DNA of 42,495 nt. It comes from a virus (lineage: Duplodnaviria; Caudoviricetes). The translations under genes were made by a program, and so were the position numbers. The stretch covers positions 1 to 42,495 of the IMG/VR virus record IMGVR_UViG_3300016478_000186; one strand, written 5' to 3'. Below are positions 34,372-42,495 of the stretch, in pieces. The notes below the pieces were generated by a model. It saw only the letters and a program-made list of their open reading frames with translations. It did no database searches and had not been told where the DNA came from. How positions within the stretch are numbered: the stretch's first letter is position 1; each line of letters begins with the position of its first letter.

Positions 34372-34387
34372 GTCGTGAGTGCAGATT
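34372..34387 (+). promoter_or_regulatory. putative phage late promoter motif (leaderless)
   Basis: GTCGTGAGTGCAGATT; in-frame ATG 7 nt downstream (34394). Confidence 0.6.
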
Positions 34388-34393
34388 CTGCCA

Positions 34394-37027
34394 ATGCCTG
34401 AGATTACGATCCGCCTTCCTGCCCCGCACCCTGCCCAACAGAAGATCCTGGCCAAGCCCTCCAGGTATAACGTCGTCTGCATGGGCGAGAAGGGCGGCAA
34501 GACTACGCTTGGCATTGAGGTGCTGATCGCTTCCCGGCGCGGCGCGCTGTACAGCAAGGTGCCGGTCGCCTGGTTCTCTCCGTTTAAGGATGACCTGGTC
34601 GAGGTAAAGCGGCTGGTCAAGCGGGCGATCGACTCCCTGATCAAGCGCCAGGTCAACTCTCGGCGCATTGAGCTCGTAAACGGCAATTTCATCGACTTCT
34701 ATTCGATGGATGAGCTGCCGAACGCCTTCCCGCAGTACGGCCTGATCGTCGTGGACGATGTGCGCAAGGTTCCCAGCTTTCAGGACAAGTTTCAGGATAC
34801 GCTGCAGGAGACCCTGCGCGAGCGGAATGGTCAGGCGTGGCTGCTGTCTGGCGCCTACGGGATGAAGAACGACTTTTACCACCTGTTCCGTCGCGGCCTG
34901 ACCGATGGCGACTGGTCGTGCTGGCAGTTCGACTCCTGGTGCAATCCAGACCTGCCGCAGTCGGCGATCGATGAGGCGGAGCGAATTTCCGACCTGGAGT
35001 GCCGGCAGCGCTTCGGTGCTGAATTCCTCGAGCACGCCATCGAGCTCTCGGACACCCAGCGCATTATCGCCCCTGACGAGACGTTCCTGCAGTGGTGTGA
35101 GCGGCTGGAGGCCTCGGGCCTGAAGGTGGACGGCCACAACTTCACCCTGTCCAACCGTCCGGCCATGCGCTTCATCTATGAAATGATCCCGTCGACCGTC
35201 GAGGAGGCCTTCGACCGCACCGACGTCATCATGAAGTGCACGCAGGTTGGCTTCACCGTCATGGAAATGCTGGCCATGATCTATCTGGCCATCAAGTTTT
35301 CCCCGGCGAAGATCGGTATGTTCATGCCGTCGACCATGCTGGCTTCGGGCAAGTCCTCCGAGCGCTTCATGCCGATCGTCCGCACCATCCCTGCCATTTA
35401 CTCGCTGATGACCGACAAGGAGTCGGTGGGCTCCAAGGGTGGCGAGGGTAACGTGCTGATCCGTAACGTCGGGCCATCGCGCTTCCACTTCCTGTGGACC
35501 TCGGGCAAGACCTCTACCGAGTCCAACCCGATGGATATCATCTCGTTCGACGAGGTGCAGGAGATGTCTATCGCGGATATGGAAAAGACCCGCGAGCGTA
35601 TGTCCGCCTCCCGGGTCCGCTATACCCTGATGGGCTCGACGGCAAACTGGCCGGATTCGGACATTCACTGGTGGTACAAAAAGGGGACCCAGCACCAGTT
35701 CCACACCATGTGCCCCGAGTGCGGTGCTGGACAGGTGCTGGACGAGCACTTCCCGCAGTGCATTGGCTACGACCCTAACCACCCGCGTCGCGTGTCACGG
35801 CATGGCCAGAAGGCAGCGCTTGGCGAATACCGGTACCGGTGCCATTCGTGCTCTGGCTGGATCGATGACCCGCAGGTGGGCGAGTGGATTGCCAAAAACC
35901 CGGACGCCGATATTCGCTCGGTGCACTTCCCGCAGTTCCTATCGCCGACCATCTCGCCCCGGGACATCATCGAGGCGTATCACAACGCCGACGATATGAA
36001 GAACTTCTTTAACCGGAAGCTGGGCAAGCCCTACACCGACCCGTCTCAGGTGCCGGTGAACCTGGAAATGCTCAACGAGTGCGCTCGCCTGGGCATGGCT
36101 GCAGGCCTGGCGTGGAAGGCTCGGGCCTCTGGCACGTTCATGGGCATCGACCAGATGGGTAACTTCAACGTCGCCATTATCAAAGAGCGGATGCCTGATG
36201 GCCGGCAGGCGGTGGTGCACCTGGAGTACATCTTCACGGCGCCGACCAAGGAAAACCCAGAGGCCTCGCCTTTCGATCGATGCGACGAGCTCATGCGCCA
36301 GTACGGTGTTCAGTGCTGCGTGATGGAGACGCTGCCGAACTACAACGACGCCAAGCGTTTTGCCCAGCGCCACCCTGGTAAGGTGTTTCTTGCTGGCTAC
36401 GGCAACCTGCAGGAGGAAATGTTGCGCTGGGGCGATACCCCGAAGCAGAACACTTCCGATCGCCGGACCAGCGAGGAGGAGCGCGACGACTGGACGGTGA
36501 CCCTGGACCAGTACAAGTGCATGCAGGTGTCGATGAAGCGCTTCCAGAACTACACCTGCCTGTTCCCGGATCCGGACGGCCTGGTTCAAGAGGTCAAGGA
36601 AAAGGGCGTCACGCAGACCATGGCCGTGTGCAAGGAGCTGGCCTTCTTCCACTTCACTCGAACCGCGCTGATCGCGGAGAAGGACGAGGAAGAGAAGAAG
36701 TACCGCCGGCGCGTGGTCAAGGTCGGTATTGACCCGCACACCAGCTACGCCAACATGCTGTGCGACGTCGCCTGGTCGCGCGCATACGGCACTTCGACGT
36801 TTATCCTGCCGGACGTATCGCCGACGAACAAAGGCCCGTCACAGCCGAACGTGGGTCGCGTGCCGGGCACTGCTGGCGCGGTAATGGAGCAAATCGAGCA
36901 GCTCGTGTCGGATACCTGTGGCGGTTGCGCCAGCCGGGACCCGAACACGAGCTATTGCAAGGAAATGGAGGCTTTCGTGCGTCCGCAGGATCCTGGCTGC
37001 TGGGCGTACATTGCTCGCCAGTCCTAG
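34394..37027 (+). CDS. terminase large subunit (lambda gpA-like) with an extra N-terminal degenerate terminase-ATPase module
   Basis: 'KCTQVGFT' gpA-type Walker A, 'ISFDEV' Walker B, CPEC/CHSC zinc motifs, 'FMGID' nuclease motif; extra N-terminal about 220 aa with 'HPAQ..I', 'GEKGGKT', 'IVVDD'. Confidence 0.88.
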   Translation: MPEITIRLPAPHPAQQKILAKPSRYNVVCMGEKGGKTTLGIEVLIASRRGALYSKVPVAWFSPFKDDLVEVKRLVKRAIDSLIKRQVNSRRIELVNGNFIDFYSMDELPNAFPQYGLIVVDDVRKVPSFQDKFQDTLQETLRERNGQAWLLSGAYGMKNDFYHLFRRGLTDGDWSCWQFDSWCNPDLPQSAIDEAERISDLECRQRFGAEFLEHAIELSDTQRIIAPDETFLQWCERLEASGLKVDGHNFTLSNRPAMRFIYEMIPSTVEEAFDRTDVIMKCTQVGFTVMEMLAMIYLAIKFSPAKIGMFMPSTMLASGKSSERFMPIVRTIPAIYSLMTDKESVGSKGGEGNVLIRNVGPSRFHFLWTSGKTSTESNPMDIISFDEVQEMSIADMEKTRERMSASRVRYTLMGSTANWPDSDIHWWYKKGTQHQFHTMCPECGAGQVLDEHFPQCIGYDPNHPRRVSRHGQKAALGEYRYRCHSCSGWIDDPQVGEWIAKNPDADIRSVHFPQFLSPTISPRDIIEAYHNADDMKNFFNRKLGKPYTDPSQVPVNLEMLNECARLGMAAGLAWKARASGTFMGIDQMGNFNVAIIKERMPDGRQAVVHLEYIFTAPTKENPEASPFDRCDELMRQYGVQCCVMETLPNYNDAKRFAQRHPGKVFLAGYGNLQEEMLRWGDTPKQNTSDRRTSEEERDDWTVTLDQYKCMQVSMKRFQNYTCLFPDPDGLVQEVKEKGVTQTMAVCKELAFFHFTRTALIAEKDEEEKKYRRRVVKVGIDPHTSYANMLCDVAWSRAYGTSTFILPDVSPTNKGPSQPNVGRVPGTAGAVMEQIEQLVSDTCGGCASRDPNTSYCKEMEAFVRPQDPGCWAYIARQS

Positions 37028-37332
37028 CGCTTCTTCTTGTCTGACTTGAGGGCCAGGGCGAACCATCCGCCGCTGTAGTGCTGGTTTTTCGCTTCGGCCC
37101 GCAGCTCGTCCACTGTCATGGCAACGACCGGCCAGACAGCGCTCAGCTTGGCCGGTGTGGTCACGCTGATGTCGCGCATGATCCGGTAGGCGCGTCCGGT
37201 TTCTGGGTCGCGGCAGTTAAAGCGAACCCTGATAAGCCACCGGTGCGCCAGCTTTTCCATTACCACCCGCTGGCCGTACTTCTTCACCTTGCCGCCATGC
37301 CTGAAGCTGACGGCGCCGATAAATCGCTTCAA
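37024..37332 (-). CDS. hypothetical basic protein
   Basis: GGAGG RBS, TTGA overlap. Confidence 0.6.
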   Translation of the reverse strand: MKRFIGAVSFRHGGKVKKYGQRVVMEKLAHRWLIRVRFNCRDPETGRAYRIMRDISVTTPAKLSAVWPVVAMTVDELRAEAKNQHYSGGWFALALKSDKKKR

Positions 37333-37535
37333 TCCTGCGCCTCCGCCAGCTCAGCCAGTCTCGTGATCGGCAGCTCGTAGAAGCGCGCCATTCGTACTGC
37401 AGTGTCCAGCCTGGGCATTGCTCCGTGCTCGATGTCGTGGAGCGTGCTTTGGCTGATGCCGATGCCGGCGGCGGCGCGCTTGTACGACAGCTTTCGGTCC
37501 TCGCGGCTGCTTTTGATCAGTTGGGCAAGTGTCAT
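37329..37535 (-). CDS. XRE-family HTH regulator
   Basis: 'LSYKRAAAGIGISQSTLHDIEHG..PRLDT..RMA' HTH_3 pattern; ATGA overlap. Confidence 0.85.
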   Translation of the reverse strand: MTLAQLIKSSREDRKLSYKRAAAGIGISQSTLHDIEHGAMPRLDTAVRMARFYELPITRLAELAEAQD

Positions 37536-37912
37536 AGTTGGTCGCTCTCGTCTCGGCGGCGCTGGGCGATGGTGACGGCCTTGGCAAACAGGGACTCGCC
37601 TACCATCTCGCGCAGGGTGTAAATCAGGATTTGATCGTAATTCTTGCTGGCCATCACTCCGGCGCGCGAGCGCAGCCTGGCCATGTGCTCCTGCAGTCGC
37701 TGGCGGTCCTTGTTCATGTAGCGCAGTGCTGCGGTTGCTCGGCTGTACCAGTTGCTGTCCGAGTATTTGCCGCGCTGGGCAGCATTGCCCTTGGCCTTGT
37801 CGATCTGCAGCTTGATCCGCGTGGCGTCGGCGTCCAGTTGATCGCGCAGGGCCTCGCACTCCTCGAGCGTGTTCGGGAGCTGGATTGGTCCGTTCTCTTT
37901 CTTGGCGGTCAC
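37532..37912 (-). CDS. hypothetical coiled-coil protein
   Basis: Operon packing; codon usage. Confidence 0.7.
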   Translation of the reverse strand: MTAKKENGPIQLPNTLEECEALRDQLDADATRIKLQIDKAKGNAAQRGKYSDSNWYSRATAALRYMNKDRQRLQEHMARLRSRAGVMASKNYDQILIYTLREMVGESLFAKAVTIAQRRRDESDQL

Positions 37913-38067
37913 TCTTTTTCCTTACGGGGCGTCTTGGCCTCGTCCTGCGGTTTCCCGTGCTTCGGCAGCTCGGTCCATGCTTGTCGGCGCCTGGTGGCTG
38001 CTCTGGTCTGTGTTATGCGTCTCACGCTGTTTCCTCGGGGATGCCCGGCCGGAGCCGGGCGGGTTGG

Positions 38068-38997
38068 TTACGCCTGCTCAGTCTCGGCAGGCTGTTCTTC
38101 TTCCGGCTTGTAGCCGAGCAGGTCGCAGAGCTGGTTCAGCGCGCTGCTGAACATGAGCGTCTGCGCGGCTGCGTCCTGGCGCCACATGAAGACCTCGTCG
38201 CGCTCCTCGGCGTCGTCGCGCTCGTCTTCGTCGTCGGCAAAGCTGACCGCCTTGAAGTGGAAGTCTGCGGTCAGCTTGAACTCTACCCCGCTGTGGGCCA
38301 AGGCCAGACGCTCGACAACAAAGCCCTTCTCCATCGCCTCCAGCAGGCCCTGGCTGGCCACTCCGATATCGGCGAGGCTGTAGCTGACCTTCTGGCTGTG
38401 GTTTTTCAGCGCAGCGCTGGCGCCCACCTCGAAGCCTTCGAAGGCGTCAGGGTTGCCCTGCAGGAAGGCCTTCAGGCGGGTGGTGAGGCCGTTTTTGATG
38501 TCGCTGATGTGGATGGTGCTGGTCTTGACGCTGCCGACCACATGGATCAGGCGGCTGACCAGAATGTTTGCCAGATTTTTGCTGCCTACCGCGACGATCA
38601 GGAGGTTGTCGGTGGTGTTGTAGAAGGCGGTGATGATGGCGGTCTTCACCAGTGCGGTGCGGGCCAGGTCGACCATGACTTGCTCGGCGATCGCCACTCG
38701 CTCGATCTTCTTGAGGCGGTGGCCGGCGGCCTGCTCGACTGCCTTGATGCGCTCGTTGGCCTTTTCGCGGACGATGCTTTTCGGCAGGATCTTCTCGTCG
38801 TAGCGCAGGCTGAAGGAGTAGCCGCCCTGGAATTCGGTTACCAGCTCGTTGGAGGTGCGGTTGGCTACGAAGCTGGCGTTGTCGATCATGGTTTCGCCGA
38901 TCGGGCTATACGGCAGCTCGGCCAGGTGCTTAATCAGTTGAGCTGCGGTCGGAAGCTCGGCCTTGTAAACGATGGCATTCTTGATGTGGTTGAACAT
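38068..38997 (-). CDS. rdgC: recombination-associated protein RdgC-like
   Basis: 'KNAIVYK', 'LRYDEKILPKSIVRE', 'VERLAL...FKLTADF', about 310 aa; GAGGAAAGG RBS. Confidence 0.8.
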   Translation of the reverse strand: MFNHIKNAIVYKAELPTAAQLIKHLAELPYSPIGETMIDNASFVANRTSNELVTEFQGGYSFSLRYDEKILPKSIVREKANERIKAVEQAAGHRLKKIERVAIAEQVMVDLARTALVKTAIITAFYNTTDNLLIVAVGSKNLANILVSRLIHVVGSVKTSTIHISDIKNGLTTRLKAFLQGNPDAFEGFEVGASAALKNHSQKVSYSLADIGVASQGLLEAMEKGFVVERLALAHSGVEFKLTADFHFKAVSFADDEDERDDAEERDEVFMWRQDAAAQTLMFSSALNQLCDLLGYKPEEEQPAETEQA

Positions 38998-39052
38998 TTC
39001 CTTTCCTCGTTGGTGCCGGCTGCAGGCCGGCGCTGGTCGTTCGACAGGGCGA

Positions 39053-39082
39053 ACAATACTAGGTTTATTCTTGTTCGGGCAA
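39053..39082 (-). promoter_or_regulatory. sigma70-like promoter for the rdgC operon, overlapped by an inverted repeat
   Basis: TTGCCC-18 nt-TATTGT; CGAACAA (39050-39056) / TTGTTCG (39071-39077). Confidence 0.6.
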
Positions 39083-39096
39083 GCAAACAGGCAAAG

Positions 39097-39120
39097 AAAA
39101 AGCCCGCTAGCGGGCTTTTC
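39097..39120 (-). terminator. intrinsic terminator
   Basis: AAAAGCCCGC-TA-GCGGGCTTTTT hairpin with T-tracts on both strands. Confidence 0.85.
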
Positions 39121-39416
39121 TTGTTGCTCCAGTGGCGCTACTGGACTGTTCGGAATTGCGCTGTGTGTCTGCTTTCCACACCGCTCTGCATGGGGGAACA
39201 CAGAAGCCCGTCTAGGGGGCCTGTCTCGCTCGCTGTAGGGGGTTGCGACCCTTCCCGCTGGCGACGTCTATCTGTGCTCTCCGATGCAGCCTGGCCGAGG
39301 CCAGGTGATCGGTCCTTGTACCTTATCCGCGCCAAGGCTCGCGGGTTTTATCGCTGGGCCAGACTTCCCAGCTCCACTAGGGCAGTGGCTTGGTGGCTGA
39401 CACACCAAGATTTTGC

Positions 39417-39875
39417 TTAGATGTGACACCAAGTCTTGCGGCTGATCACATCTGAAATTGTTTGTCTGGCAACTCCGAATTCATCTGCTAGTTCGCGATG
39501 TGTTGAGTGCGATCCCCTGATTCTGATGACGTCAGCCTCTGTCAGCTTTGACTTTCCATGGTTTTCACCGGTGTTGTCGATGGCTGGCATTGCTGCTCGC
39601 CCTTTGCTGCTCATGTCGATCATGTTGTCTTGGTGGGTGCCAAGACTTAAATGCCTCGGGTTGATGCACGCTGGCTGGTCGCACGAGTGCATCACCAGCA
39701 TTCCGCCAGCTATGGCGCCATATTTCAGTGCGTATGCAACTCGGTGCGCTCGCTTCTGTCCTGCATGATTGAACCACCCGTACCCATCCTTGTCTTTGCT
39801 GAACGGCCAAAGGATGCATTCTTCAGTATCGGACTCGATGGCTCCGGTCATGAAGGTGATTTTGTTCGATCGCAT
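39417..39875 (-). CDS. HNH endonuclease (HNH_3-like) with C-terminal HTH
   Basis: 'ECILWP...GYG...AHRVAY...VMHSCDQPACINPRHLSLGTHQDNMID', 'GENHGKSKLT'; GGAGG RBS. Confidence 0.9.
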   Translation of the reverse strand: MRSNKITFMTGAIESDTEECILWPFSKDKDGYGWFNHAGQKRAHRVAYALKYGAIAGGMLVMHSCDQPACINPRHLSLGTHQDNMIDMSSKGRAAMPAIDNTGENHGKSKLTEADVIRIRGSHSTHRELADEFGVARQTISDVISRKTWCHI

Positions 39876-39981
39876 ACGCCTCCAAATTGGATTCCCAGTC
39901 TTTCCTGAGAGTCAGTCGGTTACCGCATCCGACGGCCCTTACGCTGGCTCGTGGCCATGGGCGGAATTCCCAACGAAGGAA

Positions 39982-40233
39982 TTACGAAGATGCCTCAATT
40001 CTAAGCACCGGATCATTTCTGTGCAACCTAGAATTGCGCTCGTTTTCGGCGCGGCACGCATTGCAGATCGCGTGGTATGTGCGCCTGGTGCTGATGTAGG
40101 AGAAGAATTCGCTGTCGCGCGGCCACCACTCGTCGCAGCAGCGGCACAGCTGCTCGATGCCCAGCTCTGTGCTGCGGATGCCGATGTGCGCGCTCCAGTC
40201 TTCGCGCAGGACCTGTTGTGCTCGTGAAATCAT
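39982..40233 (-). CDS. small zinc-binding protein
   Basis: 'LCRCCDEWWP..EFF...CNAC'. Confidence 0.65.
   Translation of the reverse strand: MISRAQQVLREDWSAHIGIRSTELGIEQLCRCCDEWWPRDSEFFSYISTRRTYHAICNACRAENERNSRLHRNDPVLRIEASS
39998..40026 (-). promoter_or_regulatory. sigma70-like promoter
   Basis: TTGCAC-17 nt-TAGAAT. Confidence 0.7.
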
Positions 40234-40304
40234 GCGTGTTCTGAGACAATGATTGGGCTCGCGATCTTACTCAGAACTGATCGGGCCAGCCACCACACCT
40301 GCTT

Positions 40305-40320
40305 GTCGTGACGACAGACT
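40305..40320 (+). promoter_or_regulatory. putative phage late promoter motif (leaderless)
   Basis: GTCGTGACGACAGACT; portal ATG 7 nt downstream, no RBS. Confidence 0.65.
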
Positions 40321-40326
40321 GTAACC

Positions 40327-42051
40327 ATGACTGATAAAGCCCTCGAAGTTGCACACAACCCGCAAGCGCCAGCCGATGAGCGCCAGGATGCCCTGCGCGA
40401 GGCTCAGCAGTCGGCCATGCCTTCCTCTGTCGATAACATGCTGCCACTCGTTCAGTACGTGCAGCAGCAGTACGAAGAGGAGCAGATGCGCAAGGCGCTA
40501 TCCAAGCCGAAGGTGATCCCATTCCCGTCGCGCGCGGTGCGTGAAGGCGACCCGGGCATGCAGTCGCTCTGGCTGGATGATCAGCGCGCCCAGGTCCTGG
40601 GGGAGTGGTACGAGCGGCCTACGGCCTTCGGCTTCGATATGATGCGGCAGATGGTTGACCAGACCCCTGTGCTGTCTGCTGTCATTCTGACCCGCCAGCG
40701 CCAGATCAAGCGCTTCTGCCGTGTTCAGGCCGGCGGGGAGGGTCCTGGCTTCCAGATCGCGCTCAAGGACCCGAGCATGAAGCTCGGCGACGAGGAGAAA
40801 ACCTCCATTCAGTTGCTGGAGGGCTTCTTTACCAACTGCGGGTGGGAGTCGAATCCGCGCCAGCGCATGCGCTTGAAGCGCGACAACTTCTCCGGCCTGA
40901 TGGCAAAGCTGGTTCGTGACAGTCTGATCATGGACTCGGCGCCGATCGAGACGGAATGGAAGCGCGACCGCCGGCTCGGGCTGGATGGCCTGTATGCCGT
41001 GGACGGCGCCACCATCCGACTCTGCAACGAGGTCGGGTACGAGGGTGATGACGAAATCTTCGCGCTGCAGGTGGTCAATGGCCAAATCCGCACCGCCTAC
41101 ACCTACGACGACCTGATTTACGTTCCGCGCAATCCGCGCAGCGATGTGCTGGTCGGCGGTTACGGCCTGGGCGAGACTGAGCTGCTCGTGCGGGTGGTCA
41201 CTGGCTTCCTCAATGCCATGACCTATAACCTCAAGTATTTTGACTCGAACGCCATCCCGAAGGGCCTGCTCCACCTGACTGGAGACTACGGCGCCGAGGA
41301 CCTGAACGCCTTTAAGCGTTACTGGAACTCAATGGTGAAGGGCATTAACAACGCCTGGACGCTGCCGGTGCTGGTCAGCAAAAACCAGGAATCCAAGGCT
41401 GCTTTCGAGAACTTCGGCGTCGACGTAAACGAGATCATGTTCGCCAAGTGGATGACGTTCCTGACGTCGATCATCTGCGCGATCTATGGCATCGCTCCCG
41501 ACGAGATTAACTTCGAGTCCTTCACCGCCGGTACCAGCTCCCTGTCGGGTAGCGACACCGAGGAGAAGCTGATCAACTCGAAGGACAAGGGCATGCGTCC
41601 GCTGCTGGCGCACTTCGAGGACGTCTTCTCCGACTATGTCGTCTCCGAGTTTGGTGAGAAGTATTGCTTCCGCTGGACCGGTCTGGACGAGGAAGACCCG
41701 AAGGACGTCTGGGACCAGCAGAAAACCCTCCTGACCGTGAATGAGGCCCGCAAGGCTCGCGGCTGGGACGAGATCAAGGAAGACTGGGGCAACGCTCCGC
41801 TTAACCCCGCCCTCATGGGTGCCTATCAGGCCGCCCAGCAGGCCGCTGGCGAGGATTACGGCCAGCCGGGCGGTGACTATCCGCCTGGCGGCAATGACGA
41901 CGGCCAGCCTCCGCCTCCCGGCGCTCCTGGCGAGCAGGACGATCCTGGCGCTGCGCCGCCTGATGGCGAGCAGGATCCTGCCGATGACAACGGCCCGGAA
42001 ATGCAGAAGGCCTTCGGCCTTGGCACTCAAGTGTGGCGCGTCGATCCGTGA
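40327..42051 (+). CDS. portal protein
   Basis: 'LYAVDGATIR', 'YGLGETE', 'YNLKYFDSNAIPKGLL', 'ICAIYGIAPDEI', 'LTVNEARKARG' are typical portal motifs; acidic Pro/Gly tail. Confidence 0.92.
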   Translation: MTDKALEVAHNPQAPADERQDALREAQQSAMPSSVDNMLPLVQYVQQQYEEEQMRKALSKPKVIPFPSRAVREGDPGMQSLWLDDQRAQVLGEWYERPTAFGFDMMRQMVDQTPVLSAVILTRQRQIKRFCRVQAGGEGPGFQIALKDPSMKLGDEEKTSIQLLEGFFTNCGWESNPRQRMRLKRDNFSGLMAKLVRDSLIMDSAPIETEWKRDRRLGLDGLYAVDGATIRLCNEVGYEGDDEIFALQVVNGQIRTAYTYDDLIYVPRNPRSDVLVGGYGLGETELLVRVVTGFLNAMTYNLKYFDSNAIPKGLLHLTGDYGAEDLNAFKRYWNSMVKGINNAWTLPVLVSKNQESKAAFENFGVDVNEIMFAKWMTFLTSIICAIYGIAPDEINFESFTAGTSSLSGSDTEEKLINSKDKGMRPLLAHFEDVFSDYVVSEFGEKYCFRWTGLDEEDPKDVWDQQKTLLTVNEARKARGWDEIKEDWGNAPLNPALMGAYQAAQQAAGEDYGQPGGDYPPGGNDDGQPPPPGAPGEQDDPGAAPPDGEQDPADDNGPEMQKAFGLGTQVWRVDP

Positions 42052-42077
42052 CTCTCGATGGCTGGGAGGACTACTGA

Positions 42078-42389
42078 ATGAGCAACGCATACCCTGGTGA
42101 CGAGGTGTTTTTCCATCTTCGAGGCCAGCCTGTGGTTGGCAAGGTGCTGGCCGCCGGAAAGCACGGCGCCACCCTGGAGCACGAGGGCGCGCAGCATAAG
42201 GTCCGCTGGGGAAACATCGCCGGTCACAAGAGCCGCGTTCCGCAGGAGTACCGGGTGCTGCACGAGGGCGATGATGGCCTGATCGTCGAAAACCAACACG
42301 GCAAGCGCCGGTTCCTTGGCATCCCGCAAGAGGCGAGGGCTGAGGTGCTGGAGCTTGGCAATCAGAGGGCGATACCTCGAACACCCTGA
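42078..42389 (+). CDS. hypothetical protein (two short SH3-like beta repeats)
   Basis: GGAGGA RBS; 'GKVLAAGKHGATLE' and 'RVLHEGDDGLIVE' are similar. Confidence 0.7.
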   Translation: MSNAYPGDEVFFHLRGQPVVGKVLAAGKHGATLEHEGAQHKVRWGNIAGHKSRVPQEYRVLHEGDDGLIVENQHGKRRFLGIPQEARAEVLELGNQRAIPRTP

Positions 42390-42495
42390 TTGCCTGACAG
42401 GGCCGGCGGGGGTTAACCGCCGGGTGTATTCTCCCCGCTTCGCTCGGGGTGCGGCGTCGGTAACGGCGTTCGCCAGGCAAAGCGAAGAGCGCAGC

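Larger units (their letters stand above)
39097..39990 (-). ncRNA. putative large structured RNA enclosing an HNH ORF
   Basis: Own promoter and terminator; many hairpins in both non-coding arms; 12/14-bp pairing between the 5' arm (39961-39974) and 3' arm (39148-39161). Confidence 0.55.

Noticed and set aside
39120-39990. Group I intron, RNase P or tmRNA identity for the structured unit
   Set aside because: No recognisable P7 or J6/7-J8/7 core, no interrupted host gene, no tRNA-like ends; GGAAAG/GGGAAGTC matches are too short to support RNase P
1-42495. tRNA/rRNA genes, integrase, transposase
   Set aside because: None recognised by eye; no tyrosine or serine recombinase motifs, so any integrase acting on the cassette must be encoded elsewhere

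Overview
This window is a GC-rich segment of a large tailed dsDNA phage or prophage, probably with a Pseudomonas-like proteobacterial host (inferred from composition and SSB style). From left to right: (1) a replication block with a helicase C-terminus, HNH nuclease, SSB, VRR-NUC nuclease and a 954-aa primase-helicase; (2) a leftward run of small early/accessory genes with sigma70-like promoters; (3) an AT-rich, GTAAC-repeat origin-like region at 13.5-13.95 kb; (4) a rightward run of small hypothetical genes, then TerS and a ParB-methyltransferase; (5) three proteins sharing an N-terminal 'Y(T/S)RxDGxxVxxH' peptide, including a 1853-aa protein with two ADP-ribosyltransferase-like domains, WGR and a kinase-like domain, plus a Nudix hydrolase; (6) a second methyltransferase, dUTPase, an 877-aa terminase with two ATPase-like modules, an XRE regulator, RdgC and the portal. 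Main signals not explained by standard annotation: a complete integron gene cassette (7936-8755) whose in-silico excision restores a 71-aa Cys-rich gene; a promoter-to-terminator unit (about 39990-39097) whose highly structured non-coding arms pair with each other around an HNH gene; a repeated CGTGA-N3-nAnnnT motif lying exactly 7 nt before the ATG of three virion/packaging genes; a three-way-junction RNA motif present twice; and an EF-Tu-like N-terminal peptide. All calls are by eye; no searches or folding programs were run.
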